A stretch of 64,000 nucleotides of DNA from an uncultured Acidobacteriota bacterium (GTDB taxonomy: Bacteria > Acidobacteriota > Vicinamibacteria > Vicinamibacterales > UBA2999), in contig CADEFD010000005.1 of NCBI GenBank assembly GCA_902826515.1, positions 9,690 through 73,689 on the forward strand, written 5' to 3'. The notes below the pieces were generated by a model. It worked only from the letters and a program-made list of their open reading frames with translations, did not search any database and was not told the origin of the DNA. Each line of letters opens with the position of its first letter. The stretch's first letter is position 1. Made by a program: the position numbers and the translations under genes. Shown piece by piece: positions 10,591 through 19,627 of this stretch.

Positions 10591-10745
10591 CGGCCTCCTC
10601 CTCTTCGCCGCATCAGACGCGCGGAAGGAACGCCGGGCCGGCGGTCTCGTCACGTTGTTGGTCCCACTGGTGGGACCCCGCCCCCGTACATGACACGGGC
10701 GGCGCTCGCGCGCCGCCCGCACCATCCGTTGGTGATTGTCTGGCG

Positions 10746-11912
10746 CTACTTGCGCGCGGCCGTCGCCCGACCCTTGCCCTTGGTCACGAGCTTCTGCACG
10801 CGCCAGTTGATGAGTTCGCCCACCCAGATCTCGTCTTCCGACGGGCACGCGATGGCGTGGATCCAGCCGAACTCGCCGAGGTTGCGGCCGGGCTGCCCGA
10901 AGACGCCGAGCACTTTGCCCTCGAGCGACACCTTGTAGATGCGGCTCGGGTAGAGGTCGCCCACGAAGAGCACGGGATTCGGACCGGGCGTCATGCAGAG
11001 GGCGTCGGGGGCACCTGGCGCCTGCGAACCGGTCTTGGCATTCGGGGCTTCGGCGCCGTAGGTGATCTTGCCGCGGCTCGTGTCGACCGGCACGTCGATG
11101 ACGAACTCGCGGATGTACTTGCCTTCCGGCGTGAACACCTGGATGCGGCGGTTGCCGCGGTCGGCCACGTAGATTTCGTCGGCCGGTGACACGGCAATGC
11201 CATGCGGGGTGTCGAATTCGCCGGGTCCCTTGCCAAGCGAACCCCACGAGGCAATCCACTCACCGCGCGCGTTGACCTTGGCCACGCGCGAGTTCACGTA
11301 GCCGTCGCTGAAGTACGAGTTGCCCTTCGAGTCCCAGGCCACGTCGGTCGGCTGGTTGAAGCTGTTGTCGCGGTGCACGGGCACCGGATTGCGCGGGTTG
11401 TTGTTGGCCGGAATCTCCACCGGCAGGCCGGCGCGCTTCAGCAGCACGCCGATCTGGGAGGCGAAGTCGGGCGGCACGTCGAGGTGCGACGACTCGCCCT
11501 TGCGGCCGAAGACCCATTCCACGCGGCCCTGCGGGTTGAACTTGACGATCATGTTCGACCCTTTGTCCACGATCCAGATGTTGTCCTGCTTGTCGATGCG
11601 CACGGCGTGCGCGTACGACATGGCGAAGTTGTTCTTGCCGATCTCGCGCAGGTACTTGCCGGTGGCGTCGAACTCGAGCAGCTGCGCCGCCTGGTTCATG
11701 TAGGCCGGCCCGGTCAGGTTGCCGCGCGAGAACACGAAGATGTGCTTCTTCGAGTTCATCGCCACGCCGCCGATTTCGCCGAAGTGGATGTCGTTCGGCA
11801 TCGTCAGCGGATTGGGCACCGACTCGAAGGGCAGCTCGGGCACGGCCTGCTGGGCCGACACCGGCGACATCGCCAGGGCCAGCAGGGCAAATACGGCAAA
11901 CAGTCGTCTCAC
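10746..11912 (-). CDS. Secreted NHL-repeat / six-bladed beta-propeller protein
   Basis: Signal peptide [22 protein letters not shown]. Repeated NHL-like blades ([67 protein letters not shown]). GTG start overlaps the upstream stop (GTGA). Confidence 0.6.
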   Translation of the reverse strand: MRRLFAVFALLALAMSPVSAQQAVPELPFESVPNPLTMPNDIHFGEIGGVAMNSKKHIFVFSRGNLTGPAYMNQAAQLLEFDATGKYLREIGKNNFAMSYAHAVRIDKQDNIWIVDKGSNMIVKFNPQGRVEWVFGRKGESSHLDVPPDFASQIGVLLKRAGLPVEIPANNNPRNPVPVHRDNSFNQPTDVAWDSKGNSYFSDGYVNSRVAKVNARGEWIASWGSLGKGPGEFDTPHGIAVSPADEIYVADRGNRRIQVFTPEGKYIREFVIDVPVDTSRGKITYGAEAPNAKTGSQAPGAPDALCMTPGPNPVLFVGDLYPSRIYKVSLEGKVLGVFGQPGRNLGEFGWIHAIACPSEDEIWVGELINWRVQKLVTKGKGRATAARK

Positions 11913-13105
11913 TCGTCACCTCCGCTCCGGGCACGTCTGACCGTGCCGCCACCATACGAAAAGAACCGCTTCAGCTTCAGACAGTGCACCTCGAGCGCAT
12001 ACCAGCTCAGGGCGCCCATGCCGACCGACGCGACGAAGAGAGTAGCCCAGTACACGAGCTGACCGACAATCCGAATGCCGAAGGCGGCGTGCAGCGCCAG
12101 CGGGTCGTAGCCGAGCCGCAGGGCCAGCGCCTCGACCGGCCAGTGCCAGATGTAGGCGGCGTAGGTGAACGCCCCGACGCGCCGGGTGAGCGGATGCAGC
12201 AGGATGGCGCCGGCGAGGCTGCCGCGGTCGAGCCGCAGCACCGCGCCGACGACCGACGCGGCAAACACCGCCGACACCGTCAGCCCGAGCGTCAGAATCA
12301 CCGGATCGTTCGGCAGGAACGAGCGCCTGACCGCAATCAGCGCCAGCATCGCCGCGAAGCTGACAGCCAGAGAGATGCGCGCCCGACGCACCAGCCAGTC
12401 GAACCACCCCGGCTCGCGGATGAGCAGGGCGACCGCGGCGCCGGCGGCGAGCGGGTCGAGGCGTCCGGGCAGGAGCACGAAGGCCACTTCGTAGTTCACG
12501 CCGGCGAGCGCCACCCAGAGGCGGAACAGGAACGCGCCCACGAAGGCGCCCGCACAGATGCGGAGCAACGTCTGCCGCGACACCGCGTAGACCACCGCCG
12601 GCCACAGCAGGTAGAACTGCTCCTCGAAGGCCAGCGACCACAGATGGTAGAGGCGTTCCTCCGGCAGGTACTGGCCCACGATCACCAGACGGAAATTGAC
12701 GGCGTGCAGCCAGTACCACGCCTGCTCCGACCACGGCATCGCCATCTCGCGGAACATCGGCACGAGCGGCAGCAGCAGGAACCAGATGGCGAGGAACGCG
12801 TAGTACGGCGGCAGGATGCGCAGCACGCGCCGCAGGTAGAAATTGCGGAAGTAGCCGGGTTCGGCCACCGTGTCCACGAGAATGCCGGTAATGAGGAACC
12901 CCGACATCGCGAAGAACACATCGAGCGCGGGAATCGCCAGATTCGGGATGACGAGGTAGAGCCGCTCGAGCAGGTTCTCGGCACTCCACAGATGGTTGAA
13001 GTGGCGGAGCAGCACCGCCACCAGCAGCATCGCCCGCACGCCATCGAGGGCCGGGAAGTACGTGGGCCGAGGCGCAGCCTGCGGGACGGTGTCGGGAACG
13101 CTCAA
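11909..13105 (-). CDS. Acyltransferase family 3 integral membrane protein
   Basis: FPALDGVRAMLLVAVLLRHF...DVFFAMSGFLITGILV motif followed by about 10 TM segments. Only the C-terminal ~398 aa of ORF 11909..14413 is credible. Start is tentatively TTG 13105, with ATG (MLLVAV) as an alternative. Confidence 0.7.
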   Translation of the reverse strand: MSVPDTVPQAAPRPTYFPALDGVRAMLLVAVLLRHFNHLWSAENLLERLYLVIPNLAIPALDVFFAMSGFLITGILVDTVAEPGYFRNFYLRRVLRILPPYYAFLAIWFLLLPLVPMFREMAMPWSEQAWYWLHAVNFRLVIVGQYLPEERLYHLWSLAFEEQFYLLWPAVVYAVSRQTLLRICAGAFVGAFLFRLWVALAGVNYEVAFVLLPGRLDPLAAGAAVALLIREPGWFDWLVRRARISLAVSFAAMLALIAVRRSFLPNDPVILTLGLTVSAVFAASVVGAVLRLDRGSLAGAILLHPLTRRVGAFTYAAYIWHWPVEALALRLGYDPLALHAAFGIRIVGQLVYWATLFVASVGMGALSWYALEVHCLKLKRFFSYGGGTVRRARSGGDE

Positions 13106-13208
13106 ACGGCCTCGTGACGGGACACGACGGTGCGCGGGCACCGTGGCGGGTTGTGGTCGCGCCGCAGCATAACACGGGCATTCCACCGGCATTTCCCGAG
13201 GTTTCGCG

Positions 13209-13214
13209 TAGAAT
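13209..13214 (+). promoter_or_regulatory. Candidate -10 hexamer TAGAAT upstream of the DUF1028 gene
   Basis: Lies within the 16-mer TCGCGTAGAATGCGCG (13204..13219), which recurs at 19598..19613. It sits 20 nt before ATG 13235, with GAGGA in between. Confidence 0.35.
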
Positions 13215-13234
13215 GCGCGCCGAGGATCCCGCCC

Positions 13235-14284
13235 ATGCCGCACGGCCGCGTCACCCTGTCTCTCGCCGCCCTCACCGCCCTGCTCTGGATGGCACGCCCC
13301 GGCGCGTTCGCACCATCGGACGGCCCCGATCCGTGGTTCGGCACCTTCTCGATCATCGCGTTCGACCCGGCCACACAGGAACTCGGCGTGGGCGTGCAGT
13401 CGCGCGCCTTCGGCGCCGGTGCCGCCGTGCCGTACGCCAAGCCGGGGGTCGGCGCGGTGGCCACACAGGCCTCGGCCAACCGCCAGTACGGACCGAAGGC
13501 CATCGCGCTGCTCGAGCAGGGCCTCTCGCCGGCCGAGGTCGTGCAGCGCATCACCGACGAAGATCCCGGCCGCGACACGCGCCAGGTGGCGGTCATCGAC
13601 GCCAAAGGACGCTCGGCGGTCTACACCGGCAAGCGCGTCATCGATCGCAACAACGACCCGAAGGACCTCGTGCACCTCGGCGGCTTCGCCGGCCACGCGA
13701 GCGGCCTCAACTTCTCGGCGCAGGGCAACACGCTCGCCAGTGAAGCCGTCGTGCAGGTGATGGCAGCGGCCTACCAGCGCGGCACCGGCACGATGGCCGA
13801 ACGCCTCATGGACGCCCTCGACGCCGGCCAGGCCCAGGGCGGCGACACGCGCGGCATGCAGTCGGCCGGCATCCTCGTGGTGAAGCCGCTCGATCCGAAG
13901 AGTGAATCCACCGTCGAGCGCATCGTGGACATCCGCGTGGACGACCATGAGGAACCCTTCAAGGAGTTGCGGCGCCTGCTGCAGATGACGCTCGGCGTGC
14001 CGCAGCGCCTGACGGCCCGGGCCGCGGATCTCGCGAAGGCCGGGCGCCACGCCGAGGCGATTGCGGACATGCAGAAGGCGCTCGCCATCAACCCGCGCAG
14101 CGAGGCCGCGATGTACGCACTGGCGCAGCGCTACGCGCAGGCGGGCCAGCCGGCGGCGGCCATCGCCCAGCTGACTCTGGCCATCACTCGCCAGCCGAAG
14201 CAGTGGAAGGCGCAGGCGGCCGCCGACCCGATCTTCGCGCCGCTGCGCGGCGACGCGGCGTTCCGCGCGCTCGTCGCGCCGTAG
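13235..14284 (+). CDS. DUF1028 (Ntn-hydrolase-like) protein with C-terminal TPR-like extension
   Basis: Signal peptide MPHGRVTLSLAALTALLWMARPGAFA, then GTFSIIAFDPATQELGVGVQSRAFGAGAAVPYAKPGVGAVATQA, typical of DUF1028. The C-terminus has TPR-like helices (AEAIADMQKALAINPRSEAAMYALAQRYAQAGQ). Confidence 0.75.
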   Translation: MPHGRVTLSLAALTALLWMARPGAFAPSDGPDPWFGTFSIIAFDPATQELGVGVQSRAFGAGAAVPYAKPGVGAVATQASANRQYGPKAIALLEQGLSPAEVVQRITDEDPGRDTRQVAVIDAKGRSAVYTGKRVIDRNNDPKDLVHLGGFAGHASGLNFSAQGNTLASEAVVQVMAAAYQRGTGTMAERLMDALDAGQAQGGDTRGMQSAGILVVKPLDPKSESTVERIVDIRVDDHEEPFKELRRLLQMTLGVPQRLTARAADLAKAGRHAEAIADMQKALAINPRSEAAMYALAQRYAQAGQPAAAIAQLTLAITRQPKQWKAQAAADPIFAPLRGDAAFRALVAP

Positions 14285-14352
14285 CGGCCGGGCGCGGCCG
14301 GCGACTGCGCACCGCCGTGCGGCAGGGTGCGGGCGACGTAGGATGGGGAGAC

Positions 14353-15132
14353 GTGACACGCGTGACTCCGGCGGTCCGCCCGCTGCTCCGCCTGCTCCAT
14401 ATCTGGTGGCCACTCGCGCTGGGGTGGTCGGTGGCGGTCGTGGTGCGGCGCGCCACGGGCCGGCCGTGGGACCCGGTGGGCGTCGCGCTGCTCCTGCTCG
14501 GCATTGCCGCGGCCTACAGTCTCGACCGGGCGCTCGACCCGCCCAGTGAGCAGCCGCGGTGGATGCGGCCTGTGCTGATGGGCGCCGCCGCCGTTGCCAG
14601 CCTCCTCGGCGGGGCCCTGCTGCCGTGGTTGGGGCCGCAAGCGGCGATGGTCGTGCCGCTCGCCGGCGCGCTCGCCGTGGCGTACCCGTTGCTCAAGCGG
14701 CTGCCGCTCGGCAAGACGGTGCTCGTGCCGCTCGTCTGGACGTGGTGCGGCATCGTGCTGCCCTCGGGCGAGGGCCCGTGGTCTGGCTGGCGCTGGATCC
14801 AGGAACCGGTGGCCCTACCGCTCTTCCTGCTGTTCGCCGCTGGCTGCGTGCTCTGTGATCTCAAGGACGCGGCACGCGACCGGGAGGCCGGCGTGCCCAG
14901 CCTGCCGGTGCTGGCCGGCCCGCTGGCCGCGCTCGGGATCGCGGTGGCCCTGGCAGCGCTGTCGGGCGCGATCGCCGCGGCGCAGGGCCGCCACGGACTG
15001 GCGCTCGGGGCCGTGGCCCTCTGCGCCTCGGCCTGCCGGCCGGCGCTGCTCGCCACCGACGACGTCGGCCCGCTGCTCGTCGACGTCATCCTCACGCTGC
15101 CTGGCGCGCTCATCGCCGCCCGGCTCGTGTAG
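14353..15132 (+). CDS. UbiA-type prenyltransferase-like membrane protein
   Basis: Multi-TM protein with Asp-rich motifs YSLDRALD and CDLKDAARD (DxxDxxxD). GTG start lies after GGATGGGGAG. The start codon is uncertain. Confidence 0.5.
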   Translation: MTRVTPAVRPLLRLLHIWWPLALGWSVAVVVRRATGRPWDPVGVALLLLGIAAAYSLDRALDPPSEQPRWMRPVLMGAAAVASLLGGALLPWLGPQAAMVVPLAGALAVAYPLLKRLPLGKTVLVPLVWTWCGIVLPSGEGPWSGWRWIQEPVALPLFLLFAAGCVLCDLKDAARDREAGVPSLPVLAGPLAALGIAVALAALSGAIAAAQGRHGLALGAVALCASACRPALLATDDVGPLLVDVILTLPGALIAARLV

Positions 15133-15141
15133 ACGGCGGGG

Positions 15142-16590
15142 CTATTTCGGGTCGGGCACCACCGGCACCTGATAGGTCTTCTCGAGTGCCGCGAGGTACT
15201 CGGCGAAGAGGGCCTTGATGCCGTTGAACTCCTGCTGCACCACGGCGCGATACGGCTCGTTGGTGGCGAAGTCGTGCAGGAGCGCGGCCATGGCCTGGGC
15301 CTGCACGGTGAAACCCGCGTGGCCCACGGGCTTCGTGTTGTCCTGCTCCATTTCGTAGGTATGATTCGGCCAGTCGGACGTATAGGCGCTGAAGCCGATG
15401 CCGGGGATGTCGCGCGAGACGCTGCCGCTCTCCTCGAATCCCTGCGGCTTGCCCGGCGCGTCGAGCACTTTGCCGGCGCCGTACTGCTTCATGTAGGCGA
15501 AGGCGAGTTCGGCCAGCGAGGCCACCGAGATGCCGTCGCGATTGCTGCCGTAGTTGTCGATTGTCACTTTCGTGCCGGTGGAGAGCGCCGCCGCCTTCGC
15601 TGCGTTGTCGACGAACTCGCGCACCTGTTTCAGGTAGATTTCGTCGGGATAGCGGATGTAGAAATCCGCCTGCGTGCGGTCGGGCACGACGTTGGGCGCC
15701 GCGCCGCCTTCGGTGATGATGCCCTGGATGCGCGCTTCGGGACGGATGTTGGCGCGCACGCTGTCGATGTTCCCGAAGAGCTGCATCACGGCCGTGAGGG
15801 CGTTGCGGCCGTTCCAGGCCGTCATCTGATGGGCCGGCGCGCCGGTGAAGGTGTATTTCACGCCGTCGATGTTCAGGCAGCAGGTGCCGAACCCGGGGGC
15901 CGGACGCGAGGTGTTCATCGAAGCGTGGCTGCGTACGATCACGTCCATGCCGTAGAACACGTTGGCCTTGTGCATCACGGTCTTGGCCGAGGGTTCGAGC
16001 AGCTCCTCGGCCGGCGTGCCGAAGACCGTGACGGTGCCGGGCAACTGTTCCTTCTGGAGGAACTCGGCGATCGCCACCGCGGCGGCGATGCCGATCGGTC
16101 CCTGCGAACAATGCTGATCGCCGTGGAACGCGCCGTTCGTGCCACGCAGCGCGTCGTATTCGACGATGACGCCCATGTGGGGCCGGCCGCCGGGGCCGCC
16201 CTTGAAACGCGCGGTGAATGCCGTCGCGAAGCCGCCGGCGCCCATTTCCACGCTGAAGCCGTGCGCCCTGAGACTCTCGGTGAGCTTCTGCGCCGAGCGT
16301 GTTTCCTTGTAGCCGACCTCGGGGTGCGTGCAGATGTCGTCCGAGAGCGCCAGCAGCTCCGTGTCGAGCAGCACTCTGGCACGTGCGGCGACGGTGTCGC
16401 GCTTTGCGTTCGGGGCGCGCAGCGAGGTGACGAGAGCGGGCACGTCGATCGACCGCTCGAGCGCGTCCATCTTCTGGAGGACTCCTCTGGCGGCCTCGCG
16501 CTCGGTCTGCGTCTCCTGCGCCATCGCCGGAGCCACTGTCGCCATCAGCCCCACCACTGCGATTGCCACCTGCCTGCTGCACCGCCTCAT
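15142..16590 (-). CDS. Secreted M20-family metallopeptidase/amidohydrolase (AbgB-like)
   Basis: Signal peptide MRRCSRQVAIAVVGLMATVAPAMAQ. Family-typical segments THPEVGYKETRSAQKLTESLRAHGFSV, HMGVIVEYDALRG and GTPAEE. GGGAGG lies before ATG 16590. Confidence 0.8.
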   Translation of the reverse strand: MRRCSRQVAIAVVGLMATVAPAMAQETQTEREAARGVLQKMDALERSIDVPALVTSLRAPNAKRDTVAARARVLLDTELLALSDDICTHPEVGYKETRSAQKLTESLRAHGFSVEMGAGGFATAFTARFKGGPGGRPHMGVIVEYDALRGTNGAFHGDQHCSQGPIGIAAAVAIAEFLQKEQLPGTVTVFGTPAEELLEPSAKTVMHKANVFYGMDVIVRSHASMNTSRPAPGFGTCCLNIDGVKYTFTGAPAHQMTAWNGRNALTAVMQLFGNIDSVRANIRPEARIQGIITEGGAAPNVVPDRTQADFYIRYPDEIYLKQVREFVDNAAKAAALSTGTKVTIDNYGSNRDGISVASLAELAFAYMKQYGAGKVLDAPGKPQGFEESGSVSRDIPGIGFSAYTSDWPNHTYEMEQDNTKPVGHAGFTVQAQAMAALLHDFATNEPYRAVVQQEFNGIKALFAEYLAALEKTYQVPVVPDPK

Positions 16591-16660
16591 CACCAGCCTC
16601 CCTGCGACACGAGTGTATCCGGTCGCAGCCCCGCGGCAGCCGCAGGCGGGCGCGCCACCG

Positions 16661-18355
16661 CTACGGGTCGGTGGCCAGATACCGCACGACGTCGGTCGAT
16701 CGGATGACGCCACAGACGCTCACGCCCTGCGGGCCGTCGTCCACGACCGGCACCGGCCGATCCTCGCGCGCCAGGCGTTCGAGCACGTCCCTGGGCGGTG
16801 CATCGACCCAGACGGCATCCGGCACCGCGCGCTCCAGCTCGCGCACCGGCCCGGCACCGCGCCCCTGCGCGACGGCGGCGCGGAGGTCCGCGTCGGTGAC
16901 GAAACCCGTCACGTTGGCCGGGGTGCCGATAAACACGACGCGCTCCGGCTCACCGGCGGTCCGGGCCGCCACGTCGGCAATCAGCTGCTCGGTCGACACG
17001 AGCTCGAATGCCCGCGACATGGCGCTGCCGGCGGTCCACTCGCGGCTCGCGTCCGCGGGGATCGACGGCGGCAGATGGATCCCGTCCTGCGCGAGCAGGG
17101 CGTGATAGATCGGCACGGGCAGGTAGTGGCGCGAGATCAGGAAGCTCATGAGGTTCGCGACCATGAGCGGCACGAGGATCTGATAGTCCTGCGTGATCTC
17201 GAAGATCATGAACACCGAGGTCAGCGGCGCGCGGATGATGCCGGCAAAGAGGGCGCCCATGCCGACCAGGGCGTAGGCGCCGGGATCGGCGGTGGGAAAC
17301 GGCGCCAGCCAGTGGGTGGCCGTGCCGACCGCCCCGCCGGCCATGGCGCCGATGAACAGGCTCGGCGCGAAGATGCCGCCGGCATTGCCCGTCGTGTACG
17401 ACACGAGCGTGGCCACGATCTTCACCGCGCCGAGCACCAGCAGCGTGTTGATCATCAGGCCGCCGTTGAGGGCCTGATCGATGTACTCGTAACCCACGCC
17501 CATCACCTGCGGCACGGCGATGATGATGAGGCCCACGAGGGCGCCGCCGGCCGCCGGCAGGAACACCTTCCCCGTGGCGGACAACGTCAGGGTGGCGCGC
17601 CGCACGCGCAGCAGCGTGCGGCAGAACACCACGGAGATGACGCCACCGATGATGCCGAGTGCCGCGTAGGCACCGAGTTCCGCGGCGTGCATCAGATGGT
17701 ACGCGGGCACCCGGAACAGCGGCTCGTTGCCGAGGATCGACCGCTCGACCATCACCGAGGCCACCGACGCCACGACGGTGGAACCAATGAGCGGCGCATT
17801 GAGGTCCCCGATGATCTCTTCGAGGGCGAAGATGACGGCCGAGACCGGCGTGTTGAACGCGGCGGCGAGCGCGCCGGCGGCGCCGACGGGCACCAGTTCG
17901 CGCACCCGCTCGGCAGGCAGCCCCACCCATTGCCCGATGGCCGAGGCCACACCCGCCCCAATCTGCACCGACGGGCCTTCCCGTCCCATCGAGTGCCCGG
18001 AGCCGACGCAGAGCGCTCCCATCAGGAACTTGCCGACGGGCACACGGAAGGGGATGACGCCCCCGTGCAGCCGGAACGCCGCCTTGGTCTGCGGCACGCC
18101 GCTGCCGCGGACGTCCGGGAACACGGTGGCGAGCAGGACACCGGCCAGCAGACTGGCGACGGTGGGCACGAGGAACAGACGCGCCGGCCCGGGGTCGAGA
18201 CCGAAGAGCGCCCGGTGGACCCACTCGATGGCCAGCGTGAACAGCACGGCCGCGAGGCCGGCCAGCACCCCGACGAGCACGGTGATGAAGAAGAAGAGCT
18301 GGTTCTCGCGCAGACGCAGGCTCTGCAGCGTGGGCGGTGGCGGCGGCGGGGTCAT
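16661..18355 (-). CDS. ClC-family chloride channel / H+-Cl- antiporter with C-terminal CBS pair
   Basis: ClC signature motifs RGSGVPQ, GREGPSVQIGA and GGIFAPSLFIGA. ATG 18355 overlaps the upstream stop (ATGA). Confidence 0.85.
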   Translation of the reverse strand: MTPPPPPPTLQSLRLRENQLFFFITVLVGVLAGLAAVLFTLAIEWVHRALFGLDPGPARLFLVPTVASLLAGVLLATVFPDVRGSGVPQTKAAFRLHGGVIPFRVPVGKFLMGALCVGSGHSMGREGPSVQIGAGVASAIGQWVGLPAERVRELVPVGAAGALAAAFNTPVSAVIFALEEIIGDLNAPLIGSTVVASVASVMVERSILGNEPLFRVPAYHLMHAAELGAYAALGIIGGVISVVFCRTLLRVRRATLTLSATGKVFLPAAGGALVGLIIIAVPQVMGVGYEYIDQALNGGLMINTLLVLGAVKIVATLVSYTTGNAGGIFAPSLFIGAMAGGAVGTATHWLAPFPTADPGAYALVGMGALFAGIIRAPLTSVFMIFEITQDYQILVPLMVANLMSFLISRHYLPVPIYHALLAQDGIHLPPSIPADASREWTAGSAMSRAFELVSTEQLIADVAARTAGEPERVVFIGTPANVTGFVTDADLRAAVAQGRGAGPVRELERAVPDAVWVDAPPRDVLERLAREDRPVPVVDDGPQGVSVCGVIRSTDVVRYLATDP

Positions 18356-19497
18356 GGCGTGGACGCGTGGAGGCGCGCAAGGCGCTGCACGGCCTCGCCG
18401 CGGGAATCGAGCGGTGGGCACCGGGCCGCCACGAGATCGACGGCGCGGGCCGCCAGATCGAACCCGCGGTCGATCACCTCGGGCGTCTCCCGCAATGAGA
18501 CCGGCGTCAGGCCGGTGGCGAACGCCGTCAGCGCCGCGGCGAGTGCAGTGTCGGAGCGTCCGGCCAGCGGCGTCGGCGCCGGCGCGCTGGCGCGGCACCG
18601 TTCGAACAGGCGCGCCGCGGTGTCGATGGTCGCGGCCAGCCGCCGCGTCCGCACGGCAGCGGGCAACCGCGGGGAGCGCGGGTCCAGCGCCACGACGTGC
18701 TCGGCCACTGCGGCAATCCGCTGGCTGGCGGTGTCCGGCAGGCCGCGAACGTAGCCGAGCGCCCGCGGATAGTCGTGCAGAGCGAAGGCGGCAGCGCCGG
18801 CGCCGGCGCGAGCGGCCCGCTCCCCTGGCGCGAGCCGGAGCGTGCGCTGGTAGTGCTCGAGGGCCCGTGCCGGGTCGCCCGCCGCCATGAACAGGCCCGC
18901 GACCTCGAGCTGCGCCCCAGGGGTGTCGGGCAGGTTGGCCGCCATGGTCAGCACGTGCGACAGCGCCGCCGCCGAGCGCCCGGCTCCCAGCAGCAGCTGG
19001 ATGACCTCCCGCCGAAGTGCGACGCGCTCCGTCGCCCCATCGGGCCAGCGACCGTGCAGGGCGCTTTCGTAGTACGCCACCGCCTCGTTGACGTTGCCGC
19101 TGCGGGCCTCGACGCGTGCCAGATGCGCATGGACTTCGGCATCGTCAGGATGCAGCGCGCGCCATCTGAGCAGCAGCTGCCGCGACGCGTCCGGTCGCCC
19201 GTCGGCCACGAGCGCCGAGGCGAGCGTGCGGGCAATCGACCAGTCGTCGGCACTTCCCGCCGCGGCGCGACGCAGGGCGACCACCGCATTGGCCGTGGCC
19301 CCGTTCGCAAGCGCCACGCGTCCACGGTCGAACCAGGCTCTGGCATCGAGCTCCTGCTGGGCCCGGTTGGCGGCCGCCGCGGCCTGCGTGAACAGGAACA
19401 GCCCGAAGGCGAACGCCGACAGCACGAGCAGCAGCACCACTTCGCGGTGCACGATACGGGACAACTGGGACAACGGCCGGCCGGGGGTGATGGACAT
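18352..19497 (-). CDS. Membrane-anchored TPR-repeat protein
   Basis: MSITPGRPLSQLSRIVHREVVLLLVLSAFAFGLFLF is an N-terminal TM anchor. It is followed by TPR-like Ala-rich helices. The gene is translationally coupled to the ClC gene. Confidence 0.6.
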   Translation of the reverse strand: MSITPGRPLSQLSRIVHREVVLLLVLSAFAFGLFLFTQAAAAANRAQQELDARAWFDRGRVALANGATANAVVALRRAAAGSADDWSIARTLASALVADGRPDASRQLLLRWRALHPDDAEVHAHLARVEARSGNVNEAVAYYESALHGRWPDGATERVALRREVIQLLLGAGRSAAALSHVLTMAANLPDTPGAQLEVAGLFMAAGDPARALEHYQRTLRLAPGERAARAGAGAAAFALHDYPRALGYVRGLPDTASQRIAAVAEHVVALDPRSPRLPAAVRTRRLAATIDTAARLFERCRASAPAPTPLAGRSDTALAAALTAFATGLTPVSLRETPEVIDRGFDLAARAVDLVAARCPPLDSRGEAVQRLARLHASTP

Positions 19498-19602
19498 GAG
19501 TTCCCGACGCCTGCACGTCGGAGCGTGAGCGCGTGCCTTGCATTGTTGCACGCCGCTGCGGCCGCGCCGCCCGGGCCGAGGACGCCTCCACGGCCCGTCG
19601 CG

Positions 19603-19608
19603 TAGAAT
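19603..19608 (+). promoter_or_regulatory. Candidate -10 hexamer TAGAAT upstream of the amidohydrolase gene
   Basis: Lies within the 16-mer TCGCGTAGAATGCGCG (19598..19613), identical to 13204..13219. It sits 19 nt before ATG 19628, with AGGAG in between. Confidence 0.35.
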
Positions 19609-19627
19609 GCGCGGGCAGGAGCCGTCC

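Noticed and set aside
13106-14413. The upstream 436 codons of ORF 11909..14413 (-), and the N-terminal extensions of ORFs 7871..10519, 10117..11259, 15142..16713, 16661..18598, 18352..19791 and 23199..24569.
   Set aside because: These extensions overlap neighbouring genes on the same or the opposite strand and lack family similarity. Internal starts with an SD, a signal peptide or a 4-nt coupling overlap explain the real genes.
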